A DNA stretch of 32,000 nt from Acaryochloris marina MBIC11017 (GTDB taxonomy: Bacteria; Cyanobacteriota; Cyanobacteriia; Thermosynechococcales; Thermosynechococcaceae), in NCBI RefSeq assembly GCF_000018105.1, contig NC_009925.1, positions 5,340,001-5,372,000 of the forward strand, read 5' to 3'. Under the pieces are notes generated by a model. The model did no database searches and was not told the origin of the DNA. It saw only the letters and a list, made by a program, of their open reading frames with translations. This document shows positions 8,757 to 17,403 of this stretch, piece by piece; the stretch's first letter is position 1; every line of letters starts with the position of its first letter. The translations under genes and the position numbers were made by a program.

Positions 8757-10239
8757 CAATGGCACTGACTTAAGCTCAATCAAACAGCTAGCTTAGCTTT
8801 GAGAGCAGAGCGAGGTTGTCGCATTCGCGGGAAAGATTTGGGTCTGCGTTTGACGACTCTCGGTTCGTGCCGATTCGGTCGAGAGGGTAATAGATCGGCT
8901 GCCATGGTCTCAAGTAGATGAGTAAACAACCGCTTTCTGGTCGCACGGTTGGCTGTCGCCAACAAAGCAAGCATCTGATTGAAGTGTTGTCGTGCTCCTT
9001 GCACAGACAGTTGAGTTCTAGCATTATCTGCTAGCGGTGCCGCAAGTTCCATGAGACTTCTGAGTAGGTTATAGCCCAACAAATGTACCCAAATGTCCTT
9101 GCGCACCATATCCGGAGTTTTGGCACTGAGCATCTCCATTTTTAAGGTGGTTTTGAGATGGCGCAGATTGACTTCCGCCACTGGCCAACGCCAGCCATAC
9201 AAGCGAGTCAGTTGCCCAGCGCTGTAGCGTTGAGCATCCAGCAGCGTCGTCACCACAATAATGTGCTGGTCGCGAAAGCCCTTAAGGGATAAGCGCAAAC
9301 ACACCTCTCTAACGACCAATGTTTGAGGAATCAGGGCAAAATCTTGCTCACTCATGTGCTCAGGCCGTTGGGCTGGCTTATGCCATGTCACCTGATGATC
9401 ACCAATGCCATGCTTGTTGCCTTTGCGGAAATCAGTCTTGCGAGCATGATGTTTACGCAACACTCCATCAGCCCTGTGTTGTTGAATGATGGCTAGATCA
9501 ACATAGCTGCCATAAGCTTGGTCCGCCATGACCACATCACCGACCTCAAGGTCTTGATAGAGCAAACGACTCATGACAATTTCACTGGTGTCCCAGGAGG
9601 CAATACAAGCTGACGCCACTGCACCGGTAACCAAACAGAAGAACACTACCAAGCGAGCGATGGGAAAACCACAGCCTGCTGTTTGATTGCCATGTTGTGG
9701 ATATGATGCTTGGTTGGCCGCACTATCAGCCATCAACACGGTGGTTCCGTCGTAGACCTTGACGGGCCGACCACACCAGAGGTGCTCTGGGGAGAGGGGT
9801 TGCGCTAAGCACTCAGCGCTTTCGGGAATTAAACGTTGCAACAGTGACTCTGGAAAGCGACTTCTGGCTTTGCTGTAGGCTCCGGTATCAGATGAGGGCG
9901 GTTGGATGCCAGCCGCTGTGAGCCAAGTCGTGATGCATTTGACTGTGTTACGAAGGCTTTTATCGGCTGATAGCACTTGGTAAAGCATGGCCCACAGCGT
10001 AACGATGGGGCTATATATCCGGTTGCGATAGGAGAATGCTTCTTCTTTCAGGAGTTCCTCTAACCTTGAGGCTGGAAGGATATCTGTCCACGGTAAACCC
10101 AGGCTTTGGGAAAATTGCTGCTTGAGAATTTCGGCTGACTCAGACATAGTGAAAGGCAGAAGTTTATGGCGTGCAAGTCTTGATCCTATATCTATCAAGA
10201 CTTGTAGCTTTTTCCTGACTTCTTAAGTCAGTGCCATTG
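8757..10239 (-). mobile_element. IS4-family insertion sequence
   Basis: Perfect 18-bp terminal inverted repeats CAATGGCACTGACTTAAG lie at 8757-8774 and 10222-10239. They are flanked by a 12-bp direct repeat ATCCCTTGGAAT at 8745-8756 and 10240-10251. Confidence 0.9.
8780..10198 (-). CDS. IS4-family DDE transposase
   Basis: 472-aa ORF with VYDGTTV, VVMADQAYGSY and a YREK-like LYGWRWPVAEVNLRHLK segment. It sits inside the inverted repeats. Confidence 0.9.
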   Translation of the reverse strand: MIDIGSRLARHKLLPFTMSESAEILKQQFSQSLGLPWTDILPASRLEELLKEEAFSYRNRIYSPIVTLWAMLYQVLSADKSLRNTVKCITTWLTAAGIQPPSSDTGAYSKARSRFPESLLQRLIPESAECLAQPLSPEHLWCGRPVKVYDGTTVLMADSAANQASYPQHGNQTAGCGFPIARLVVFFCLVTGAVASACIASWDTSEIVMSRLLYQDLEVGDVVMADQAYGSYVDLAIIQQHRADGVLRKHHARKTDFRKGNKHGIGDHQVTWHKPAQRPEHMSEQDFALIPQTLVVREVCLRLSLKGFRDQHIIVVTTLLDAQRYSAGQLTRLYGWRWPVAEVNLRHLKTTLKMEMLSAKTPDMVRKDIWVHLLGYNLLRSLMELAAPLADNARTQLSVQGARQHFNQMLALLATANRATRKRLFTHLLETMAADLLPSRPNRHEPRVVKRRPKSFPRMRQPRSALKAKLAV

Positions 10240-10418
10240 ATCCCTTGGAATATCTTTCTCCTTGACAACACACTTTAAAACTAGTGAGTTCAATGGATAC
10301 GATCACCGTTCGGCAGTCAGACAAGCTATACGTTCACTGGCCCGAGGGAGGCGAACTTCAACAAATTGAGATTCTGATTAACAGTGTCCCGCTGATTGAG
10401 CTAGTCTGAGAAGTTGAA

Positions 10419-10799
10419 TTGCCTTATGCAGAGGAAGAATTCGATCAACGAATTGCTGAGGGTGAAAGCATCGGCGATCTTGGTCCACGAGGAGTACTGG
10501 CTGGTGATTATCACTACTTACCCCCATCCATCGCATTACCCCCTTCACAAAATTTCTTTGGTGAACCTTACAATCACGGTTTCGTGACAAAACCTGATGA
10601 TCCAGTCAACCAAAAGTCTTTAATTTTGTCATGCACCTGTGGTGTCATCGAATGCTGGTTTCTCATGGCTAACATCACCTTAGATTCCCAGTCAGTGATA
10701 TGGAGCAATTTTCAGCAATTTCATCGTTATTGGATTTATGATTTAGGGCCATTTACATTTGATCGGGATCAATATACGGCTGCGTTCTATGCTGCATAG
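10419..10799 (+). CDS. hypothetical protein; reading frame continues upstream to ATG 10293 across an in-frame TGA (10407-10409)
   Basis: 126-aa ORF from a TTG start. The 38 codons from ATG 10293 are in the same frame and are separated only by one TGA. Confidence 0.5.
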   Translation: MPYAEEEFDQRIAEGESIGDLGPRGVLAGDYHYLPPSIALPPSQNFFGEPYNHGFVTKPDDPVNQKSLILSCTCGVIECWFLMANITLDSQSVIWSNFQQFHRYWIYDLGPFTFDRDQYTAAFYAA

Positions 10800-10827
10800 G
10801 CGCTATCTATTCCCCTTCATTCATTAA

Positions 10828-12028
10828 CTGAGATGTTGCACCAAGGGTCCTACCTATGAGAAAAGGGCGTGCAGTTATATCCAGAAGTAAGCATGCCAAA
10901 ACACATCCTTGCCCACGCCCAAGGGTTAGTCTACACCTTGCTCCATCTGATGCCGAGCCCCTATCAGCAAGAGACCTTACAAGCCTTATTGGAGTTGTTT
11001 TTAGAAGCAACTGGTCAATCTTTACCTGCTCATAGCAAAGTTAAATCTGCCAGTGCCATCAGTCGATTTCTCAATCAGTATCAATGGCCCACCCGTCAAG
11101 TGATTCGTACGGTGCGTCAAGCAGCCATTGAGCGACTATTGAAGATCAGGATGCCAGGACGTCAGCCATACTTACAAGTGATTTTAGACCTAACCACCCT
11201 AGAGAAAACAGGTAAGTTCAAAGCTATGCCAGGTTTGATTCGGGTGTATCACGGCAAACGAGGTCTGCATCTGGTGGTGATGTATCTAGTCGTGGGGAAA
11301 TGGCGCTTGCCTTGGAACTTTAGGGTCTATCGAGGGAAAGACACGCCTTCTCCAGCTCAATTGGGACTACAGTTGCTTCGGCGATTACCACAATCCTTGA
11401 CAAAGCGATTTCAGATATTGGTGCTAGCCGACACAGCCTTTGGCAGCATTGAATTTTTAGAAGGAACCAAACAACTGGGATATCCCACCATTGTGGGGGT
11501 TCGTAAAGACCGAAAACAACAAGCGGGTGGACCCATTTCTCAACTCTCTCATCGAGGACAGCAGACGCACTTGGTCGGTTTGAGATTTCCGGTTGGGGTG
11601 TCTTGGTTTTGGCTCAAGCGAGAGAATGGCAAGCGGGAACTCCGGTATGTGCTTTCCACGAAGCCTTGGAAGGGCAGCACGATTACTAGATGGGGGAAAC
11701 GACGATGGCAAATTGAGGGATGGTTCAAAACGGCCAAGCATCGGTTTAGCTTAGATCGATTCGCCCAAGGGACATTGACAGGAGCGTATCGCTGGTTGGT
11801 ATTGTCGATGATTGCCTATTTGCTGGCTCATTGGGCCTATCTCACCACTGCCATGTCAGGGTTATCGGAATGGGGGCAAGCTGCTCGACTAGCGATGGAG
11901 TTATGGTTCCCCCATCTACTGGTGATGACGTTGATTGCGGATGTCGAACAACTCAGATCTCGAACAACTCAGATCTCGCATGCAGCAACTGGGTCTGGAC
12001 CTCCATTTATCTTGGTGCAAGATATGAG
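10828..12028 (+). mobile_element. IS4/IS701-like insertion sequence (boundaries tentative)
   Basis: Imperfect inverted repeats (about 15 of 19 positions): CTGAGATGTTGCACCAAGG at 10828-10846 against the reverse complement of 12010-12028. I found no clear target duplication. Confidence 0.5.
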
Positions 12029-12032
12029 TTGA
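10893..12032 (+). CDS. DDE transposase (IS4/IS701-like), 3' end altered by a 16-bp tandem duplication
   Basis: Carries ILDLTT, LVLADTAFGS and RRWQIEGWFKTAKHRF motifs. The likely start is MPKHIL at 10893. Confidence 0.8.
   Translation: MPKHILAHAQGLVYTLLHLMPSPYQQETLQALLELFLEATGQSLPAHSKVKSASAISRFLNQYQWPTRQVIRTVRQAAIERLLKIRMPGRQPYLQVILDLTTLEKTGKFKAMPGLIRVYHGKRGLHLVVMYLVVGKWRLPWNFRVYRGKDTPSPAQLGLQLLRRLPQSLTKRFQILVLADTAFGSIEFLEGTKQLGYPTIVGVRKDRKQQAGGPISQLSHRGQQTHLVGLRFPVGVSWFWLKRENGKRELRYVLSTKPWKGSTITRWGKRRWQIEGWFKTAKHRFSLDRFAQGTLTGAYRWLVLSMIAYLLAHWAYLTTAMSGLSEWGQAARLAMELWFPHLLVMTLIADVEQLRSRTTQISHAATGSGPPFILVQDMS
11945..11976 (+). repeat. perfect 16-bp tandem duplication CGAACAACTCAGATCT x2
   Basis: Read directly: 11945-11960 is identical to 11961-11976. 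The length is not a multiple of 3, so it shifts the last roughly 20 codons of the transposase. Confidence 0.9.
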
Positions 12033-12088
12033 ATGAACCACAAAAATTCAATGATTCACAATCAAGGCATTCAGGCCGTTTCGACTGA

Positions 12089-12474
12089 CGTCATCAATGT
12101 AGATAAGTTGTGGTCCTCTGTTAAAAAAAGCAAAAGCACTGTGAACCGGAAGAATTGAGCGTAGGCGAATGCTGGATAGCATTGAGTCTCGCCAAAGACA
12201 GTAGCTTGGTGCTCAGTGGTCGCATTGGCAAACATACCGACGAACTCGCTCAAGACTTGATTGAGAATACTGAAGGCAAAACCACCTGTCACCATTGGCA
12301 AACCGATGGCTGGGAAGGGTCTTCACGACAACCACCCGATGAGGTGATCCATCATGTGAGTAAAGTCTTGACCCAACGGTTAAAGCGGACCAATGGAATA
12401 CTACGTCAACAGACTGGGCGCTGGCATCAACGGCAGAACAAATTTGGTAAAGTCTGGCAACAACATGCAGTGAC
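12089..12474 (+). pseudogene. IS1-family (InsB-like) transposase remnant, 5' part
   Basis: The segments DKLWSSVKKSKS..., WQTDGWEG, HHVSKVLTQRLKRTNGILRQQTGRWHQRQNKFGK match the InsB pattern DE.W / TDGW / SK.YTQRIER.N..LRQ / FSK. There is a frameshift or stop near 12150. The N-terminal half is missing, and the remnant is cut at 12474 by an IS701-like element. Confidence 0.6.
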
Positions 12475-13876
12475 CTTAACCCTCTTTTATCACTTTAGAC
12501 AGATAAAAAATAGACTATTCTCAGTTTCTATTTTTCTAATGAGTGATGTCAGCTTCAAGAAGTCCAGAACCAACCATTGGCTTTGTTGATGAGTACTGCC
12601 AACTATTTGCAGAGTTATTTCCCCAAGTCCGCAGTTATGAAGCCTTCAAGCATCTCCATCTGGGGATGATTAGTGATATCAAACGTAAATCATTGCCCGC
12701 CATTGCAAGAGCAGTGGGCTTGGAGAACCATCAAAGCCTGCATCATTTTCTGAGTGAATCACCTTGGGTAGCGTCACATTTGTCTGACAAGAGATTGGAC
12801 ATCATCTTGAAAATACTGGATGGGCGCAGGTTAATTCTATTGATCGATGAGACGGGCGATTGCAAAAAAGGCAAGAGTACCGACTATGTGAAACGGCAGT
12901 ATATCGGCAATGTGGGCAAGAAAGAGAATGGCATCGTCGCAGTCACTGCCTACGGGCTGTTTCAAGGGATGATTTTGCCTTTGTCCTTTGAAGTGTACAA
13001 ACCCCGAGAACGTCTTAAAGAGGAGGATGAGTATCTCAGCAAACCCCAAATTGCTGCTGGAATGATCCGACAGTTGCAAGGGATGGGCTTTTGCTTTGAG
13101 CTCGTCCTGGCTGACAGCTTGTATGGGGAAGCTCAAACAAACTTTGTGAATGTCTTAGAGGAGTTAAAGCTGCCCTATATCCTAGCGATTCGTAGCAATC
13201 ATGCGGTGTGGTTACCCGCAGAACAAGCAGTCTTTGCCGAACCGTGGCAGTCATTTGAACGAACCTTCAGCAATGGCACCACTGAAACTCGTTACAGGCA
13301 AGAGATCATTTATGGCCAGCGACACCACCAGAAGCGCTATTGGCTATTAACCACGGACCCCCAAACGCTACCAGAGAACTCAACCTCTTATGTCATGGCA
13401 GCGGCACCCGAGATCAAGCTGGATGAAATTGGGGATTGCTATGGCTTCAGAACTTGGATTGAGTATGGTCTCAAACAGTCTAAAGATACCTTGGGTTGGG
13501 CTGATTTTCGCATGACGCACTACGAACAAATTGAAAAGTGGTGGGAGATAGTGATGAGCGCTTTCTTGATGGTGAGTTTGTTCGCTGATGTCTTCAATGA
13601 CTCTTGTCCAGTGGCACATCAACACTTTGCGCAGCATCCTTGGTGGGATAACCAAAACGGGTGGAAGAATCTGCTCAATAATGTGCGCTTGATCATTCAA
13701 CCGTTAATCAGTTGGAATCTTCTAAAGCGCTGGTTAGAAGTCTTTCCCAGCCGTGCTTTGAAAAAGGGGTTTGAGCAACTCACATCAAAGATGGAGGCAT
13801 TTTGCTGTCCACTGGTGAGGAAATTGCTCAAGCATCCTGATTTTCTCTCTGTCTAAAGTGATAAAAGAGGGTTAAG
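12475..13876 (+). mobile_element. IS701-family insertion sequence nested in the IS1 remnant
   Basis: Perfect 20-bp inverted repeats: CTTAACCCTCTTTTATCACT at 12475-12494 and its reverse complement at 13857-13876. Confidence 0.85.
12543..13856 (+). CDS. IS701-family DDE transposase
   Basis: 437-aa ORF with SLPAIARAVGLENHQSLHHFLSESPW, LLIDETGDCKKG and LVLADSLYGE motifs, lying within the 20-bp inverted repeats. Confidence 0.85.
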   Translation: MMSASRSPEPTIGFVDEYCQLFAELFPQVRSYEAFKHLHLGMISDIKRKSLPAIARAVGLENHQSLHHFLSESPWVASHLSDKRLDIILKILDGRRLILLIDETGDCKKGKSTDYVKRQYIGNVGKKENGIVAVTAYGLFQGMILPLSFEVYKPRERLKEEDEYLSKPQIAAGMIRQLQGMGFCFELVLADSLYGEAQTNFVNVLEELKLPYILAIRSNHAVWLPAEQAVFAEPWQSFERTFSNGTTETRYRQEIIYGQRHHQKRYWLLTTDPQTLPENSTSYVMAAAPEIKLDEIGDCYGFRTWIEYGLKQSKDTLGWADFRMTHYEQIEKWWEIVMSAFLMVSLFADVFNDSCPVAHQHFAQHPWWDNQNGWKNLLNNVRLIIQPLISWNLLKRWLEVFPSRALKKGFEQLTSKMEAFCCPLVRKLLKHPDFLSV

Positions 13877-14103
13877 ACTGGTGCTGATACCAATTACCCA
13901 GCTAGTTGACCTGTATAGCTCGCCGAAAGCATTGAAAATAAGCCAATCATTGGAGTCAAACAGTTCATCTCCACATGAAATTGGTATGACCTATTTCAAC
14001 TTGATCTGGTGCCGCTCTCGATCCAAGAATACGGCTGCACAACATGCTGAACTGATGGATAATCCTTGGAAATGGCAAGATTTAGCTACCTATCCCACAC
14101 TAT
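13877..14103 (+). pseudogene. IS1-family transposase remnant, 3' part
   Basis: The frame is continuous with 12089-12474 if 12475-13876 is removed (AVT-LVLIPITQ...). The tail NTAAQHAELMDNPWKWQDLATYPTL resembles C-termini of this transposase type. It is cut at 14103/14104 by an IS5-family element. Confidence 0.5.
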
Positions 14104-15055
14104 AGACCTCTTGCAATATTCATTTGACGATGTGGTATTGCTGTTTGCCATCCCTCAAGTTGTCAAAGATAGCTCGTAGTTATAGATAGCTGCAATCAAG
14201 TTACACCGCAGCGCGTAGCGACGACGACGATTGCGATAGCGCTCCGACAGAATTCTGAAAATCTTCAGGCTGCGATTAATGTGTTCAATGCCCATTCGTT
14301 CCTGACTCAGAGCACGGTTATACTCTCGCTGCAGGGAAGTCAGTTCACCGTGTTGTGGCTTCTTGAGAGGAACATAGCTGTTGGCATGATAGGCTGCAAT
14401 CCCTTGATATCCGCTATCTTGCAGACTCTCGGTATCTGGATGGATATGGATACCTGAAACCTTGGAGATCTGAAAATCATGCCGACGACCTGGACCAACG
14501 TTAAGGCAGATAATCTCTAAAGTGTTGCGGTTAGCGATAATCTGGCATTTGAAGGTATGTCTCTTTTTTTTCCTGAATAATACGCTTTTTGTCTTGTCTG
14601 GGGACGTTCAATGGGCGTTTCAGTCACATCCATCACAACGACATCCGGTCGCTCGAACCCTTGTAGCAGAGATTTCTGACCGGGTAAGCGAAAGAGTCCT
14701 GAGTTCATCAGAGCGGTCTCGACCTGGTGGACAATACGGCAGACAGTTGATTCAGAGACTTCCCAATCTCCAGCAATGTGGAAATAGGTCCGATATTCTC
14801 GCCAATATTGAAGGGCTACCAACAGTTGATCACATCGACACAACTTTGGAGGACGCCCTGCATTAGAGCGACTCAGGTGATAGGTATGCCATGCATGGAG
14901 CATGGGTTTAAAGGTTCGCTTGTAGACTCCAGTTCGTCGCTTAAAGTCCTTCGCACTCAGCTGTTGGGCTGTTTCGTAATTCATTGGATATGGCACTGAA
15001 TAGAAAGAATATCAGGCTCAATACCATATCGCACATTCAATTATGCAAGAGGTCT
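14104..15055 (-). mobile_element. small IS5-family insertion sequence (IS1031/IS427-like)
   Basis: Imperfect inverted repeats of about 37 bp, whose first 12 bp are perfect: AGACCTCTTGCA at 14104-14115 and its reverse complement at 15044-15055. Flanking TAT at 14101-14103 and 15056-15058 is a possible 3-bp target duplication. Confidence 0.8.
14155..14996 (-). CDS. IS5-family (DDE_Tnp_4 type) transposase, two frames joined by -1 frameshift at an A8 run
   Basis: ORFA (14996 down to 14517) contains GRPPKL...LVALQYWREYRTYFHIAGDWEVSESTVCRIV. By hand translation, the -1 frame from the A8 run (14564-14571) reads RHTFKCQIIANRN...DSGYQGI...REYNRALSQERMGIEHINRSLKIFRIL and stops at 14155. Confidence 0.8.
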
Positions 15056-15078
15056 TATGTTGATGCACAATCGATTTA

Positions 15079-15573
15079 TTATCGGGCCTGCCTCTGATAG
15101 GTAACCAGAAAAAGAGTAAAGAAAACTAAAACAAAAATGCTATTGAAAAGTATATGACCATCTAAAACACTTCGTTCTCTCCAATAATTCCATATCTCAT
15201 AGGAATTGCGGGCGGGAATCGAAAAGAGAATTATTTGGCAATACGCTCCATCAATCCATGCCAGTATAGATATTCCGTAAAACATTGCTCTGAGCCAAAT
15301 GGGGCACAAAGTATTTACCGATTCCCAAGGGTTCTGATTATGCCTGTACATTGAGATTAAATGGCAGGCAAAAGCGCAAAATGGGAACAGGAAGAATAAT
15401 AAAACTGTACGATTCCAGTTAATAAACTCTTCTGCCTGTGAAATATTCTCCGACAGTGGCGTGATTATTTTGAGATAAATTTGTATGTGATGCCATAAGA
15501 AAAATAATGTCATAGAAGACAAAAATAACCCTGTAAATCTGATTATCTTTATCGTTCTTCTATCTGTAAGCAT
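15079..15573 (-). CDS. hypothetical integral membrane protein (about 4 TM), AT-rich
   Basis: 164-aa ORF with several long hydrophobic stretches and no recognised family. It is the last gene of the minus-strand cluster. Confidence 0.55.
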   Translation of the reverse strand: MLTDRRTIKIIRFTGLFLSSMTLFFLWHHIQIYLKIITPLSENISQAEEFINWNRTVLLFFLFPFCAFACHLISMYRHNQNPWESVNTLCPIWLRAMFYGISILAWIDGAYCQIILFSIPARNSYEIWNYWRERSVLDGHILFNSIFVLVFFTLFLVTYQRQAR

Positions 15574-15602
15574 TGACTTGAAATAGAGATTTTATTGAGT
15601 AA

Positions 15603-15641
15603 AATTGCAGCAGTATTTTGAAAAGACTGCTGCAATTTTTA
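15603..15641 (-). terminator. putative intrinsic terminator after the SPFH gene
   Basis: An 11-bp perfect stem (AATTGCAGCAG at 15603-15613 with CTGCTGCAATT at 15627-15637) has T/A-rich flanks on both strands. It lies 7-45 nt downstream of the SPFH stop. Confidence 0.6.
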
Positions 15642-15647
15642 TATCTA

Positions 15648-16496
15648 CTATTGCTGGGAATCAACATCCCCTAAATTAAAGAGGAATGGAACGCTGTTGT
15701 TGCCTTTGCCATCCATCACCAGCACCTTGGGCATTTGGGCACCCCCTTCACGCCAGGCTGCGATCGCTTCTTTTTGCAGTACTAGCTTGCCCCCTTGGCT
15801 CTTCAAGGTCTCAGCCAAAAGTCGTTGGGCTTCGGCTTTACCTTTGGCGCGGTTGATTTCTGCTTGAGCCTGGGCTTCAGCTTTTTTGGCGTCAAAAATA
15901 GCTTGCTTGGCCTGCTGTTCGGCGATTTGCTTAGCTTCAACAGCCTCATTAAATTTAGGACTAAAGCTGAGGTTTTCGATGGCACTGCCTTCGAAGTTGA
16001 TGCCAAAGCTAGAGAGGCGTTTGGTCATCCCTTCGTCAAAGGCCTTACGGAGCTGCTCACGCTTGGTAATGGCTTCTTCAGCCGTATATTGAGCACTCGA
16101 CGCTTTAAAGGCTTCTTGAGTTAAGGATCTAACTTTAGCTGTGACTTGAGGCATAGTGCCGATGCGGGTTCGAGTGGTGGTAAGTGGGCCAGGATCAACC
16201 GTGTAGAAAACGGTTAGCTCAGCGGTGAGGTCTTGTAAATCCTTGGTTGCGGCGGCAGCAGGGAACTGCTCCTCCTGAATGTTGGCATCATAGACATCAA
16301 TTCCACAAAGCAAAGGACACTTAAAGTTCAAACCACTTTGGGCCATTGACCCTTTCTGCACTTTGCCTAAAAACTTATAAACACCAATTTGAGTCGGACC
16401 CAGAATTTGAAAGGTACTGGCACCCATTAGAGCTATAAACAGTCCTAGGCCAGTTTTCCAATTCAACCAACCAAGATTGTTTCTGACATTATTCAT
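15648..16496 (-). CDS. SPFH/Band 7 (prohibitin-like) membrane protein
   Basis: N-terminal TM helix, an SPFH-like core and an Ala/Lys/Glu/Gln-rich coiled-coil (EAKQIAEQQAKQAIFDAKKAEAQAQAEINRAKGKAEAQRLLAE), as in prohibitin/HflKC-type proteins. Confidence 0.85.
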   Translation of the reverse strand: MNNVRNNLGWLNWKTGLGLFIALMGASTFQILGPTQIGVYKFLGKVQKGSMAQSGLNFKCPLLCGIDVYDANIQEEQFPAAAATKDLQDLTAELTVFYTVDPGPLTTTRTRIGTMPQVTAKVRSLTQEAFKASSAQYTAEEAITKREQLRKAFDEGMTKRLSSFGINFEGSAIENLSFSPKFNEAVEAKQIAEQQAKQAIFDAKKAEAQAQAEINRAKGKAEAQRLLAETLKSQGGKLVLQKEAIAAWREGGAQMPKVLVMDGKGNNSVPFLFNLGDVDSQQ

Positions 16497-16632
16497 TTGT
16501 TTGTCTCCAATGAACCATCAAGGTTCAAAAGTTGTATTAATTCTGCCGACGCATACGAAGTAGCGTCTCTATGGGTTGATAAGCCAGGAAAAGCATCCTT
16601 AATCATTTGGGCTTATTCGTACTGGCCCAGCG

Positions 16633-17397
16633 TTAATCTGCTTGTAGAAAAGGCTTTGATTCAAAACCTGAAAGCTCGGCGATGACTGCATTGGGAAATC
16701 CCTGCAGTTGCTGTTGGAAGCTTTGTACAGCCTGGTTATATCGCATTCGTTCTACGGCCAACCGATTTTCTGTGCCAGTGATTTCATACTGGAGGTTGAT
16801 ATAAAGCTGGCTGGATTTTAGAGCTGAATGGGTCAGGGCATAGGTTTGAAACTGATCAATGGCCTGATCTATTTTTTCTACTGCATCCTGCTGCTGCTCA
16901 AGGCTGTCCGCTTCTAAGTAGGCTTGTTGTGCCTCGATGAGCGTTGTTATCAGGGTGCTTTCATGGGTGGTGTAGGCTTGAGTAACCTTGACCAACTGTG
17001 GAATTAGATCTGCCCGTCGCTGACGTTGATTCTCGACTTGCGCCCAAGCAGCTTCCACCTGAATTTTGTGATTGGCAATCGCATTATATGTCGCGATAAG
17101 CCATCCTATACTCCCCATTATAGCAATAGAGCTTATAAGCAGCCACTTTCTCATCCATTGTCTTATATTCTGTTTTTTTATTAGTTTTTTGGCGTTTTGA
17201 GCTTGAATTTCGGCAATGGCTTGAGGAATATACTCGGCTGGAATGCCAGCTTCTGCAGCGGCCATTTCCAGCTCTGTTCTGGAGTAATGTTCTAGGTCCG
17301 CAGAGGCGTATTGAGAGGCTAGCTCAAAAATTGCAGGAGCATCACTGGCTGGAATCATTTGCTTTTTTTGATTCATAGTCTCTACTTCTCGAAACAT
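16633..17397 (-). CDS. lemA: LemA family protein with about 85-aa N-terminal cytosolic extension
   Basis: LemA-like segments are AAWAQVENQRQRRADLIPQLV, ITGTENRLAVERMRYNQAVQSFQ and FPNAVIAELSGFESKPF. A single TM helix (LLISSIAIMGSIGWLIATY) follows an extra N-terminal helical region. Confidence 0.85.
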   Translation of the reverse strand: MFREVETMNQKKQMIPASDAPAIFELASQYASADLEHYSRTELEMAAAEAGIPAEYIPQAIAEIQAQNAKKLIKKQNIRQWMRKWLLISSIAIMGSIGWLIATYNAIANHKIQVEAAWAQVENQRQRRADLIPQLVKVTQAYTTHESTLITTLIEAQQAYLEADSLEQQQDAVEKIDQAIDQFQTYALTHSALKSSQLYINLQYEITGTENRLAVERMRYNQAVQSFQQQLQGFPNAVIAELSGFESKPFLQAD

Positions 17398-17403
17398 CTC
17401 GAT

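Noticed and set aside
10407-10460. The TGA at 10407 as a selenocysteine codon, with the AATTCG-ATCAA-CGAATT hairpin at about 10437-10453 as a SECIS element.
   Set aside because: The hairpin is only 6 bp, lies too far from the TGA for a bacterial SECIS, and there is no redox-type motif around the codon. A pseudogene or a separate start is more parsimonious.
12071-12301. A 76-aa minus-strand ORF, and the listing of plus-strand ORF 12155-12589 as an intact gene.
   Set aside because: The plus-strand frame matches an IS1 InsB-like transposase only up to 12474 and then runs into the IS701 inverted repeat. The minus-strand ORF is its shadow.
15795-16124. Plus-strand and alternative-frame ORFs inside the SPFH gene.
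   Set aside because: They are products of the Ala/Lys/Glu/Gln repeat coding region. The SPFH frame is the only one with a TM helix and a domain-like sequence.
16497-16685. A 62-aa plus-strand ORF in the lemA-SPFH spacer.
   Set aside because: It overlaps the lemA 3' end on the opposite strand and has no ribosome-binding site or recognisable features.
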